Positions 53,870 to 63,583 of a DNA stretch of 64,000 nucleotides are shown here, in pieces. The position numbers and the translations under genes were made by a program. The number at the start of each line of letters is the position of its first letter. Position 1 is the first letter of the stretch. The notes below the pieces were generated by a model that did no database searches, was not told the origin of the DNA, and saw only the letters and a list, made by a program, of their open reading frames with translations. Source of the DNA: a virus (lineage: Duplodnaviria; Caudoviricetes); the IMG/VR virus record IMGVR_UViG_2896201746_000001, positions 1 through 64,000 of that record, one strand, 5' to 3'.

Positions 53870-56800
53870 ATGAGCATTCCCTTTCACCACCTGCACGGCC
53901 ACAGCTTTTTCAGCAATCTCCTGCAGCCTGACGCGCTCTCGTCTCCGGACGACCTCGCCAAGCGCGCGGCCAGCGTCGGTCTGTCCTCGATCTGCGTGAC
54001 CGATCATGCGTCGATCGCCGGCGTGCCGGCGCTGCTGAAGGCGGCAAAGAAGCACGGGCTGAAGGGCATCGTCGGATCCGAGCTTTACTGCACGACCGAC
54101 CCCGCATGGCGGCCGGCCAGCAAGGAGGAGGGCCGGCGCGACTACAGCCATGTCGTCGCGCTCGCGCAGAACCAGGATGGCTTCACCGAGCTGTGCCGGC
54201 TGCTGTCGAAGGCCTCCGGCGAACCGAACTTCTACGGCAAGCCGCGCAATGCCTTCGCCGACCTCTATGAGACGAAGAACCTGATCTTCACCACTGCCTG
54301 CGCCGGCGGCGTGCTCAAGCGCGGCGACGCCGACTGCGTGCTGCGCGAGCTGGTGGCGGCCGTCGGGCCGGAGCGCGTCTACCTGGAGATCCAGCCCCAT
54401 CAGGACGAGGGCCAGCGCCTGGTCAACGCGCGGGCGGTGCATCTGCGCGACCAGCTCGGCCTGCGCCTCGTTGCCACCCAGGATTTCCACTACGCCAACC
54501 CCGGCGACAATGTCGGCCATGAGGTGCTGCTGGCCGTCGGTAGCCAGGACGTCTGGTCGAACCCGGAGCGCTGGCGCTACCCGGTCGACGACCTCTATGT
54601 GAAGTCCGGCACCGAGATGCTCCAGGCCTTCGCGCCCTGGATCAAGTCGGGCGCGCTCGACAAGGCGCATGTGCTGGAGGCGTTCGAGAGCACGGCGATC
54701 ATCGCCGACCGGCTCGGCTTCGAGCTGACCAACCGCGCGATCTCCCTGCCGAAGATGTCCGACGACAGCCGCAAGACGCTGCTGGTGATGGCCGGCGAGG
54801 CGCTCAAGCGCAAGGGGCTGGCCGGCGACGAGCGCTATGTGAAGCGCCTCGTCCATGAGATGAACGTGCTGACCGAGGCCGGCTTCCTCGACTATTTCCT
54901 GATCCTGGCCGACATCATCGCCTGGGCGAAGCGCAACGGCATCGCGGTCGGCCCCGGCCGCGGCTCGGCCGGCGGCTCGCTGCTGTGCTATCTGATCGGC
55001 ATCACCACGATCGACCCGATCCGGCACGGCCTGATCTTCGAGCGCTTCTTCCGTCCCGGCCGCCTCGACCTGCCCGACATCGACACCGATTTCGAGGACG
55101 AGCGCCGCGACGAGGTGCTCGACTACATCGAGCGCAAATACGGCAAGGACCATGTCTGCGGCGTGGCGAGCTACACCATGCTCAAGCCCCGCGGCGCGAT
55201 GAAGGACGTCGGCCGCGTCTTCGAGATCAACCACGTCGAGATCAACCAGGTCACGGGCGCGATCAAGGTGCCCGACATCCAGGTCGACGATCCGGAGGCC
55301 GAGAAGGCGCATGCCGAGGAGATCTTCGCCGACCCCGCCGTCGCCGGCTTCTTCCGCAAGTACCCGGTCGTCGAGCCGCATGTCCGCGCGCTGACCGGCT
55401 GGATGCGCGGCACCGGCCAGCATGCCGCCGGCGTCGTGATCTCCGGCGTGCCCGTCGCCGACCTGTGCGCGCTGCTGCGCGGCAAGGACGGCCGGCGCGT
55501 GTCGTGCTGGGACAAGTGGCAGATCGAGAACATGGGGCAGATGAAGCTCGACATTCTCGGCCTGCGCACGATGACGATCCTGCGCCACGCCGCCGAGTAT
55601 GTGCTCCAGCGCACCGGCCGCCGCATCGTCTACGAAGACCTGTCCCTCGACGATCCCCGCACCCTGGAGCTGTTCGACAAGGGCGATACGACCGGCGTGT
55701 TCCAGTGCGAGAGCCACGGCATGCGCGAGGTCTTCAAGGGCTGCAAGGTCGACCGCTTCTCGATCATCGCCGACGTGATCTCGCTCTACCGGCCCGGTCC
55801 GATGAAGGAGATCCCGAAATACCAGCAGGTCCAGACCGGGCAGATTCCGGCGACCTACATGCACCCGCTCCTGCAGCCGATCCTGGAGCCGACCTTCGGC
55901 ACCCTGATCTATCAGGAGCAGATGATGGAGGTGTTCGTGCAGGTCGGCGGCTTCGACTTCACTGAAGCCGACAAGATGCGCAAAATCTGCGGCAAGAAGC
56001 TGGGGCCGGCCGAGTTCGCCAAGCATGCACCGCCCTTCATCGAGGGCGCGAAGCGGAACGGGCTGACCGAGCAGGAGGCCGAGGCGATCTTCGCGACGAT
56101 GGCCGAGTTCGGCATCTACTCGTTCAACAAGTCCCACGCCTACGCCTACGCCACCATCGCCTATTGGACGGCCTACATGAAGGCCAACTTCCCGGCCGAG
56201 TTCTGGGCAGCGCATCTGTCCTGCACCGAATCGTCCGAGAAGCTGAAGCTGGCGATGAAGGACGTGGTGAAGGCCGGCATGCAGATCGACTGGCCGAACG
56301 TTAACACCTCCCACGCCACGCGCTTCGTACCGATCTCCGACGTGATGATCGCAGCGCCGCTGACCGCGATCCACGGCGTCGGCGAGAAGGCGGCCGAGCT
56401 GATCGCCGGCGCTCGCGAAGGGCGCATCGACAACCAGGGCCTGGCCCGCGGCGAAGCTCGGCAAGAGAAGAAGGGCATCGTGCAATTCGACGCGAGCCGG
56501 ACAGTCGCAGGAGCGTTTACAAGCGCCCAGGATTTCGCCAATCGCATCTATGCGCGTGTCGTCAACAAGCGCGTGACAGACGCCCTACAGAGCGTTGGAG
56601 CGTTCCCTTGGGCACGTCCGCATGACGACGTGCTGACAGCGAAGCGACGCGAACTGATGAAGGATCTCGCGGTCGACGTGCTGACGGTCGACACCGGGGC
56701 AACGCTGCTGATCGACAACTCGACGGTGGCGGCGTTGCAGCGCATCTTTACGGTCCTGCCCGTGTTCGAGCAGGAGACGAAGATGAAGGCGGTCTACCCC

Positions 56801-57250
56801 GGCATGACCGGCAAGTCGGCGCGCATCATGGCGATCCTGGGTGCGCCGGGCTGGCAGGAGGAGAAGGCCGGCACGATGGGCCAGAACCCCGCCTTCGAGA
56901 AGCTGCTCGACGTGCTGCGGCCGGAGCTGTCGCTCAAGCCGTCCGACTTCTACTTCACCAGCCTGTACCGCTTCCGCAAGCCGCCGCTCGGCTTTGACCA
57001 ATGGCGCGATAGGTCAATTGAGCTATTGCACCATGAGATTGACATCGTGAAGCCGCCACTCATCATCGCCATCGGCTCGGACGTCACCAAGGCGCTGATG
57101 GGCGAGGATGCCAGCGTCATGCGCCTGCACGCCAAGACCGAGCGCTTCAAGGACTTCCCGGTGGTGTTCTGCAAGTCGCCGATGCTGGACGGTGTTGGCC
57201 CGGACGATCTCCGGCAAGTTTCGCTCGCCATCTCTGAGCTTCTTGTCTAA
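53870..57250 (+). CDS. dnaE: DNA polymerase III alpha subunit fused to a C-terminal UDG-like domain
   Basis: PHP HLHGHS/TDH, GPGRGSAGGS, FERF, PDIDTD, HAAG, KLDILGL, FNKSHA; C-terminal about 150 aa resembles family-4 UDG. Confidence 0.95.
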   Translation: MSIPFHHLHGHSFFSNLLQPDALSSPDDLAKRAASVGLSSICVTDHASIAGVPALLKAAKKHGLKGIVGSELYCTTDPAWRPASKEEGRRDYSHVVALAQNQDGFTELCRLLSKASGEPNFYGKPRNAFADLYETKNLIFTTACAGGVLKRGDADCVLRELVAAVGPERVYLEIQPHQDEGQRLVNARAVHLRDQLGLRLVATQDFHYANPGDNVGHEVLLAVGSQDVWSNPERWRYPVDDLYVKSGTEMLQAFAPWIKSGALDKAHVLEAFESTAIIADRLGFELTNRAISLPKMSDDSRKTLLVMAGEALKRKGLAGDERYVKRLVHEMNVLTEAGFLDYFLILADIIAWAKRNGIAVGPGRGSAGGSLLCYLIGITTIDPIRHGLIFERFFRPGRLDLPDIDTDFEDERRDEVLDYIERKYGKDHVCGVASYTMLKPRGAMKDVGRVFEINHVEINQVTGAIKVPDIQVDDPEAEKAHAEEIFADPAVAGFFRKYPVVEPHVRALTGWMRGTGQHAAGVVISGVPVADLCALLRGKDGRRVSCWDKWQIENMGQMKLDILGLRTMTILRHAAEYVLQRTGRRIVYEDLSLDDPRTLELFDKGDTTGVFQCESHGMREVFKGCKVDRFSIIADVISLYRPGPMKEIPKYQQVQTGQIPATYMHPLLQPILEPTFGTLIYQEQMMEVFVQVGGFDFTEADKMRKICGKKLGPAEFAKHAPPFIEGAKRNGLTEQEAEAIFATMAEFGIYSFNKSHAYAYATIAYWTAYMKANFPAEFWAAHLSCTESSEKLKLAMKDVVKAGMQIDWPNVNTSHATRFVPISDVMIAAPLTAIHGVGEKAAELIAGAREGRIDNQGLARGEARQEKKGIVQFDASRTVAGAFTSAQDFANRIYARVVNKRVTDALQSVGAFPWARPHDDVLTAKRRELMKDLAVDVLTVDTGATLLIDNSTVAALQRIFTVLPVFEQETKMKAVYPGMTGKSARIMAILGAPGWQEEKAGTMGQNPAFEKLLDVLRPELSLKPSDFYFTSLYRFRKPPLGFDQWRDRSIELLHHEIDIVKPPLIIAIGSDVTKALMGEDASVMRLHAKTERFKDFPVVFCKSPMLDGVGPDDLRQVSLAISELLV

Positions 57251-57291
57251 CTTCTCTATCAGTCACTAATTACAAATATAAAGGTGATGAT

Positions 57292-57582
57292 ATGAATGTG
57301 TCTGTTTCTGAACAGCAAGTCGAGGACGCCGTAAAGGCGCTGATCGCCGCGAACACCCGGCATCTTGAGGAGCTGGGGCCGATGGCCGGCATCGTCGCGA
57401 ACGAGGAGCTGACGAAGGGCCTGGTCGAGCGCTCGCTCGCGACGCTGGTCGAACTCGGCATGGCCGTGAAGGACGATCGGGGCGCGGCGCTCCTGACTGA
57501 CTTCGGGCGGGCGGTGCTTCAGCACCCCCGCGCCCGCGAGATCAGCGCCGCGATGCTCGGCGAGCAGGCCGGGAGGGCGTGA
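57292..57582 (+). CDS. Small hypothetical protein (possible winged helix)
   Basis: L..LVELG......LTDFGR; follows a 16-bp box. Confidence 0.65.
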   Translation: MNVSVSEQQVEDAVKALIAANTRHLEELGPMAGIVANEELTKGLVERSLATLVELGMAVKDDRGAALLTDFGRAVLQHPRAREISAAMLGEQAGRA

Positions 57583-57585
57583 GCG

Positions 57586-58005
57586 ATGACGATTGTTCGC
57601 GACGCCCACGGCATGCTCTGCCCGAAGTGCGGCCAGGATGACTGCATCGACGTTGCCGCGCTTGTTCATGTTCGCCTGACGGGTAGCGGCAGTGACGCCG
57701 ATTTGAGCTTCGACGGCAGCCATGAATGGGACGATGACAGCCGCTGCTGCTGCGGTGCCTGCGGTCACGGCGGCACCGTGAGCGACTTCAGAAAAGCCGC
57801 AGAGCAGCAGATGGTCCGCGAGCTGGTCGACCTCTTCGGCGAGAAGGGCCGCCCGGACGACTTCCTGGATGGCCATGTCCATGACGCCAAGTTCGCCGAA
57901 GCCTCGCAGATCAACAACGGCGGCGTCGAGGATCAGATCGCCTATCTGATCGCCGTCGAAGGCTTCGAGGCGGTGCGCCAGATGATCGAGGAGGACGAGC
58001 AGTGA
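57586..58005 (+). CDS. Zinc-ribbon hypothetical protein
   Basis: CPKC and CGAC pairs; ASQINNGG..QI.YL. Confidence 0.7.
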   Translation: MTIVRDAHGMLCPKCGQDDCIDVAALVHVRLTGSGSDADLSFDGSHEWDDDSRCCCGACGHGGTVSDFRKAAEQQMVRELVDLFGEKGRPDDFLDGHVHDAKFAEASQINNGGVEDQIAYLIAVEGFEAVRQMIEEDEQ

Positions 58006-58388
58006 AGATCACCAACCAGGAGCGCGACACCATCCTCGCCGCGCTGCGCTTCTACCAGAGCAAGGGCATGGGCGATCCCTTCAACCGTCCCGACGACATC
58101 CACGACATCGCCACTAACGGCGGCGACGGCATCAGCCTGGACGACGCCGGCATCGACGCCCTGTGCGAGCGCCTGAATGTCGAGCAGGAGGGGCCGGATC
58201 CGATCGGGGCGCTGATCGAAGAGTTCGGCGGCGACCGCGGCGTTTGGGGCGAGCACCCCGGCTACCCGCGTGCCGACTGGCGCTATCAGGTCGAGAACGG
58301 CGACACGAACCTCGGCTACTGGGAGTGGGTCGAGAACGAACTGGCGATCGAGCGCTCTGCGCCCGTCGCCGAGGGCGGGGAGGCCTGA
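58002..58388 (+). CDS. Hypothetical protein
   Basis: TILAALR.YQ..IDALCERLN plus DWRYQV.NGDT.LGYWEWV modules common in phage ORFs. Confidence 0.7.
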   Translation: MKITNQERDTILAALRFYQSKGMGDPFNRPDDIHDIATNGGDGISLDDAGIDALCERLNVEQEGPDPIGALIEEFGGDRGVWGEHPGYPRADWRYQVENGDTNLGYWEWVENELAIERSAPVAEGGEA

Positions 58389-58390
58389 CG

Positions 58391-58885
58391 ATGGAGCTGA
58401 TGCTTCCGACGCTCGGGATGGCGAACGCCCAGCTCACGCGGCATGAGAGCGTCAACTTCGACCATCGCATCGTCAGCACCTTCCGGGGCGAGCGGTTGGC
58501 CGAGGAGATCGCGGAGAAGGCCGCGGCGATCCGCGCCAGCTCGGGCATCAAGATCGCCATCATCGCCCCGCTGTCGATCAACCGCGTGCGCTATGCGCTG
58601 ACGGCCGAGACGGATTTCCGCGCCGGCGAGTGGAAGCTCTGGTGGTTCGGGCTTGCCAACGGCAAGCAGCTCACCGACGCCGCCCGCGCGCACCTCAACG
58701 GCATGGCGGACGTTCGCGAGGCGATCGCGCGCTGGTGCGACAGCAACGTCGCGGCCCTGCGCGAGGAGAGGGTCGCCGAGTTCGTGGCGAGCACCCTCGC
58801 CCATGTCTCGGCCATCGAGAGCAACATGCGCCAGGTCCGGGCCGCCCTGGAGGCCGTCGGCGCGCAGCAGAGGGAGACCGTCTGA
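58391..58885 (+). CDS. Hypothetical protein
   Basis: 164 aa after GGGAGG RBS. Confidence 0.65.
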   Translation: MELMLPTLGMANAQLTRHESVNFDHRIVSTFRGERLAEEIAEKAAAIRASSGIKIAIIAPLSINRVRYALTAETDFRAGEWKLWWFGLANGKQLTDAARAHLNGMADVREAIARWCDSNVAALREERVAEFVASTLAHVSAIESNMRQVRAALEAVGAQQRETV

Positions 58886-59127
58886 TGCGCGACATCGGCC
58901 TGTTCGAGGCGATCAGCATCCGCGCCAAGGCCGCGCGGCTCGTGATGCGCGAGACGAGCGGTCACGAGTTCGAGGGGACCGACGAGGAGCTGATCGACCG
59001 GGCGGAAAAGGGACATCCGCGCCTCGCCCGCGCGCTCAAGATCGCCGACGGCATCATCCGCATGACCGAGGAGGCCCACTTCCCCGTCGCCAGCAAGACG
59101 CGGGGCATCGCCTCCGGCTGGGAGTGA
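58885..59127 (+). CDS. Small hypothetical protein ending SGWE
   Basis: 80 aa; TGATG coupling. Confidence 0.6.
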   Translation: MRDIGLFEAISIRAKAARLVMRETSGHEFEGTDEELIDRAEKGHPRLARALKIADGIIRMTEEAHFPVASKTRGIASGWE

Positions 59128-59366
59128 CCGAATTGCGCTGCCCCAAGATTCCCCGCCGGCGCAGCAACCGTCCCAGGCCCGCCTCCCGCTCCCTTCCCGG
59201 CCGCTGGTACGTCGATGAGTGCGGGTGGTGGGTCAGGCCGAACGCGAACGGCACGGCCACCTTTCTTAGCTGCTCCGGCAGCTTCACCGATCGGCTCGAT
59301 CCCCGCATGAAGCTCTGGCCGACCGATCAGAACCCACCCATCATCACGGAGACCGCCTTTCCATGA
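59124..59366 (+). CDS. Small hypothetical protein
   Basis: 80 aa; GTGA and ATGA overlaps at both ends. Confidence 0.5.
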   Translation: MTELRCPKIPRRRSNRPRPASRSLPGRWYVDECGWWVRPNANGTATFLSCSGSFTDRLDPRMKLWPTDQNPPIITETAFP

Positions 59367-59830
59367 TCCCCACCGACGGCATCGCACGGGCCTTCAGCAT
59401 CCGCCCGGAAGATCTTGCGATGGACCTGCAGATCAACCCGACCAACATGGACGACGCCATCATCCGGCAGGCCGGCCTGTACGCCTACTACGTCTCTGCC
59501 CATGCCGAGGCCGAGGGCCGGCTGCGTCAGGCCAAGCTGGAGCGGGACGTCTTCACGGCCGCGCTGGACAAGCAGCTCCGCGACCAGGCGCTGGCTCGCG
59601 GCCAGAAGCTGACCGAGAAGCAGGTCGAAATGCAGGTCATGCTGCATCCGGACTGGAAGGTGCGCGTGCAGCGCGTCAACGAGCTCGAGGCCGCGGTGTC
59701 GCAGTTGGAGGGCCTGGTCAGGGCGTTCGCCCAGAAGAAGGACATGCTGGTCACGCTCGCGACGAACATCCGGGCCGAGCGCCAGCAGAGCTTCGCCATC
59801 CGCAATCAGCCGCAGACGCCGTTCGGCTGA
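59363..59830 (+). CDS. UvsY-like recombination mediator
   Basis: DLQIN..QAGLYAYY..KLTEK.V..AFAQKKDML helical pattern; upstream of SSB and recA. Confidence 0.7.
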   Translation: MIPTDGIARAFSIRPEDLAMDLQINPTNMDDAIIRQAGLYAYYVSAHAEAEGRLRQAKLERDVFTAALDKQLRDQALARGQKLTEKQVEMQVMLHPDWKVRVQRVNELEAAVSQLEGLVRAFAQKKDMLVTLATNIRAERQQSFAIRNQPQTPFG

Positions 59831-59986
59831 TCGACGAGGTGAGAATCACACCTTTGCGTGGGCAACTATCATTGACCGATGACAGAAACAAAGCTAGTTT
59901 GTATCTCGTGACGTGATGAACGTCCAACGCCGTAGTGCATCGTTCCACAGTTATCATTCATTCCTGATAGAAACTGAGGTTTTTCC

Positions 59987-61216
59987 ATGAACGCTCTCGC
60001 TCCGACCGCTGCCGCTGCCGCCCCGATGCCGTTTGGTCAGCTCGACCCGTTCACCGCCGCCCTGATGGCCGACGTCGATGCCGACGCCAAGGCCGCGGCT
60101 TCCAAGAGCGCCGACCGCTTCCGCTTCAAGGACGCCGGGGAATACTACCTGCGCCTTGTTCCGTCGAAGGGTTTCGGCACGCAGAAGCCCGACGGCACCT
60201 GGAACACCCGCTGGTTCCACAGCTTTGGCACCCACGCCTTCAAGCCGCCGGGGTATGAGAAGAAGGTCTGGTTCGGCTGTCTGCATCACACCTACGGCCA
60301 GGCCTGCCCGCTGTGCGCCGCCGTCGCCACCGGCAAGAATAACCCGATGGTGGCCGAGATCGCCGACGAGGCGTATGCGTCGCGCCGGTATCTGGTGAGC
60401 GGTCAGTTCTTCGACCCCGTCACCCGCACCTTCAACCCGGTCGTGCCGATCGAGCTGGCGAAGACCCAGTTCGAGAAGATCAAGGGTCTGCTGCTGGTGT
60501 CGAAGACGTTCTTCGCGCTGCAGGGCGGCTACGTCTTCAAGGTCGTCGCGACGCCGCGCTCGCAGGGCCAGGGTATGGAGATCGCCGTCTCCGACGCCTC
60601 GCCGTTCGACACCGGCATCACCGACGACGATCTGCTCGACCTGGAAGAGATCGTCCGGGCCGACATCATCGAGAAGAACGCCGCGGTCGCGTCCTTCACC
60701 GGCGATCTGCTGCGTCCGCTCGCCCAGCAGCCCGGGCAGCGCTCCGCCGGTGGCTTCGCGGCCGTCGGTGCGCCGAACGGCTTCCCCGGTGCCCTGCCCC
60801 CGCCGTCGGCTGCTCCGGCCGGCTTCCCGGGCGCTGCGACGCCGGGCTACGCTGCCGGTGCGCAGTTCATGCAGTCGGTCCAGCAGCCGGCCCAGGCGAT
60901 GCCCGGCTTCCCGGGTGCCGCCGCTTCGCCGGCCGCTCCCGCCTTCCCCGGCGCTGCTGCCCCGGCCGTCGCTCCGGCTGGCTTCCCGGGTGCAGCTCCG
61001 GCCGCGGCCGTCGCGCAGCCCCAGCCGGCCGCTGCTCCGCAGCCGACCGTGATCGACGTGCCGGCCCAGCCGGTCGCGCCCTCCCCTGCCCCGCAGCCGG
61101 CGGCAGCTCCCGCCGCCGTGCAGCCGGCCGCTGCCCAGCCCGCCCCGGTCCAGCCGGCCGCCACCTCGGCCGAAGCGCTGGCCGCCGAGCTGGACAGCAT
61201 CCTGGGCGGCCTGTGA
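59987..61216 (+). CDS. gp32-like single-stranded DNA-binding protein with a low-complexity tail
   Basis: H..CLHHTYGQACPLC zinc site; P/A/Q-rich tail; ends ELDSILGGL like T4 gp32. Confidence 0.72.
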   Translation: MNALAPTAAAAAPMPFGQLDPFTAALMADVDADAKAAASKSADRFRFKDAGEYYLRLVPSKGFGTQKPDGTWNTRWFHSFGTHAFKPPGYEKKVWFGCLHHTYGQACPLCAAVATGKNNPMVAEIADEAYASRRYLVSGQFFDPVTRTFNPVVPIELAKTQFEKIKGLLLVSKTFFALQGGYVFKVVATPRSQGQGMEIAVSDASPFDTGITDDDLLDLEEIVRADIIEKNAAVASFTGDLLRPLAQQPGQRSAGGFAAVGAPNGFPGALPPPSAAPAGFPGAATPGYAAGAQFMQSVQQPAQAMPGFPGAAASPAAPAFPGAAAPAVAPAGFPGAAPAAAVAQPQPAAAPQPTVIDVPAQPVAPSPAPQPAAAPAAVQPAAAQPAPVQPAATSAEALAAELDSILGGL

Positions 61217-61240
61217 TCGCCTGCGATCGCTGACGAATGA

Positions 61241-61267
61241 GAGGGGCCTTCGCGCCCCTCTCCTTTT
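61241..61267 (+). terminator. Hairpin after the SSB gene
   Basis: GAGGGGC..GCCCCTC then TCCTTTT. Confidence 0.5.
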
Positions 61268-61282
61268 ATCGGGAGCAACCCC

Positions 61283-62209
61283 ATGACAACGACTCTGCTG
61301 GTCGACGGCAGCAACATCGCCTGGGCGGCGTTCTATGTCGGCGAGACGCTGATCGACCATCTTGGCCGGCCGACCGGCGCGATCTTCGGCTTTCTGCGCA
61401 TGGTGCGCGCGGCGGCCGACCAGATATCCGAGCTGACCGGCGACACGGTCAAGGTGATGATCGCCTGGGACAGCAGCCGCGAGAGCCTGTGGCGGCGCGA
61501 CGTATACCCCGACTACAAGGCGAGCCGCGACACCGAGAAGACGCCGGAGGATCTGGCGAGGCTGGCCGACTTCGGCGATCAGGTGAAGCGCATCCGCCAA
61601 ATCCTGCCCTGCCTCGGCATCACGCAAATCCGAGCCGAGCGCTTCGAGGCCGACGATCTGGCCGGCTGGCTGACCCGGCGCTGGCCGCAGACCCGTTTCG
61701 TGCTGATGAGCGGCGACTATGACTGGCTCCAGCTCGTCAGCCCGACCGTGTCGTGCTGGATCGTCAGCAAGGCCCAGCTCGTCACCCCGCTCAACTTCGC
61801 CGACATCGTCCAGGCCCGCTACGGCGTGCCCCTGACCAACCCCGACCAGTATGTGCGCATGAAGGCGATCGCCGGCGATGACGGCGACGACGTGCCGGGC
61901 GCACCGGGTATCGGCACCAAGACGGCCGGCAAGTATATCCTGGGCGAGCTGGCGAAGAAGAAGGACGGCACGCAGACGGCCAAGGAGCAAGCCATTGTTC
62001 AATGGCTCAATGATCCAATGGGCTACGAGCGCTCGCTCAAACTGGTCGATCTGCGCGACATGCAGATCCCGGCCGAGGCGGTGACGCTGGAGCGCGGCGC
62101 GTTCGACGAGAGCGCCTTCGTCGATGTCTGCATGACCCACTCCTTCGACAGCATCTACAACGACCTTCCGACCTGGATTGTCCCCTTCAAGCTGGCTGCC
62201 GTCTCCTGA
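61283..62209 (+). CDS. 5'-3' exonuclease / flap endonuclease (T4 RNase H-like)
   Basis: LLVDG, AWD, YPDYKASR, EADD, SGDYDWLQL, GDDGDDVPG..GIG.KTA. Confidence 0.93.
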   Translation: MTTTLLVDGSNIAWAAFYVGETLIDHLGRPTGAIFGFLRMVRAAADQISELTGDTVKVMIAWDSSRESLWRRDVYPDYKASRDTEKTPEDLARLADFGDQVKRIRQILPCLGITQIRAERFEADDLAGWLTRRWPQTRFVLMSGDYDWLQLVSPTVSCWIVSKAQLVTPLNFADIVQARYGVPLTNPDQYVRMKAIAGDDGDDVPGAPGIGTKTAGKYILGELAKKKDGTQTAKEQAIVQWLNDPMGYERSLKLVDLRDMQIPAEAVTLERGAFDESAFVDVCMTHSFDSIYNDLPTWIVPFKLAAVS

Positions 62210-62240
62210 CAGGGCGCTGCATCAATAGAGGAATAGCTCA

Positions 62241-63440
62241 ATGGACTTCGACAAGATCATGGAAGGGCTGGCGGACGCCGTCGGCAGCCGCGACAGCTTC
62301 TCCGGCTCCGTGCCCTACTGGCTGCCTACCAGCCTGCCCAACGTCAACATGGCGATCTCCGGCGATCCGAACCTCGGCTTCCCCGGTGGGCGCATCATCA
62401 CCATCGCCGGCCCGGAAAGCTGCGGCAAGACCGCGCTGATGACCGAGCTGATGACGAAGGCGCAGCGCATGGGCGGCTTCTCGGCACTGGAGGATTTCGA
62501 GCACGCCTTCGCCCATGTCCATGCCAAGCGCCTGGGGCTGGCCTGCGACGACACCGATAAGAACTGGTACTACCGCAAGCCGGCGACGGCGGAGGAGGGC
62601 TTCGCCCGCGTCTACAAGATCATGCGGTACGTCCGGTCGGTGGAGCTGGGCTTCACGCTGCCGAAGGACACCGACAAGAAGCCGCGGGCGTCGGCCGAGG
62701 CCCTCTATGACGCGATGCGCGGCGTCGATCTGTCGAAGCTGGTGCCAATGGTGCTGGGCATGGACTCCATCGCCTCGATGATCCCGGAGGCGCAGGACGT
62801 CGACTACACCAAGCAGAACATGAAGACCAAGAACATGGAGCACGCTGCCCTGCTCAGCATCGAACTGAAGCGGCTGGCGCGCGACGCCGACGTCACCGGC
62901 GCGACCATGATCCTGCTGAACCAGCTCCGCACCAACCCCGGCGTCATGTTCGGCGACAACTCGACGGAGCCGGGCGGCAACGCGCCGAAATTCTATGCGT
63001 CGGTAATGCTGCGCCTGCGCCGGGTCGACAAGTGGTATCGGAACTACGACGACAAGACGTCCGAGGTGATCGGCGACGTCGTGGAGTTGTATACCCGCAA
63101 GAACAAGGTCTTCCGGCCCTTCAAGAAGACCAAGTACGTCTTCCGCACCGTGGATCCGGTCGGCCTGGACCCGATCGGCACGATGATCCTGCTCGGCAAG
63201 GAGGCCGGCGTGCTCGGCCCGGTCGGCGGCGTCACGGTCGAGTTCGAGGGCAAGAAGCGCTGGAACGTGAACGACTTCGACGAAGCCTGCCGCAAAGACC
63301 CAGACCTCGCCAAGCGCCTGACCGACCACGTCATGTCGTCGATCAACCCGGTCGAGGACGGCCCGGTCCAGTCCGATGACGAGAGCACGCCGGCACCGGG
63401 CGGCGCTGGCAGCGTCGACCTGTCCAACGCCTTCTCGTAA
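62241..63440 (+). CDS. recA: RecA/UvsX recombinase
   Basis: GFPGGRI..IAGPESCGKT, DSIA, NQLR..PGVMFG..T.PGGNA.KFYASV, KNKV..PFK. Confidence 0.95.
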   Translation: MDFDKIMEGLADAVGSRDSFSGSVPYWLPTSLPNVNMAISGDPNLGFPGGRIITIAGPESCGKTALMTELMTKAQRMGGFSALEDFEHAFAHVHAKRLGLACDDTDKNWYYRKPATAEEGFARVYKIMRYVRSVELGFTLPKDTDKKPRASAEALYDAMRGVDLSKLVPMVLGMDSIASMIPEAQDVDYTKQNMKTKNMEHAALLSIELKRLARDADVTGATMILLNQLRTNPGVMFGDNSTEPGGNAPKFYASVMLRLRRVDKWYRNYDDKTSEVIGDVVELYTRKNKVFRPFKKTKYVFRTVDPVGLDPIGTMILLGKEAGVLGPVGGVTVEFEGKKRWNVNDFDEACRKDPDLAKRLTDHVMSSINPVEDGPVQSDDESTPAPGGAGSVDLSNAFS

Positions 63441-63464
63441 ATCGAAAACGACTGACTGCAAAAT

Positions 63465-63500
63465 GAAGCCCGCGGAAAACTCCGCGGGCTTCTTTCATTT
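63465..63500 (+). terminator. Intrinsic terminator after recA
   Basis: GAAGCCCGCGGA-AAAC-TCCGCGGGCTTC followed by TTTCATTT. Confidence 0.85.
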
Positions 63501-63583
63501 CTCCTGTCATTAATTGCTGAAGTATATTTCTCGTGTCGCGACACAGCGACGCTGATTTGTGTTGCATCAGTGGAGAATGCCAG

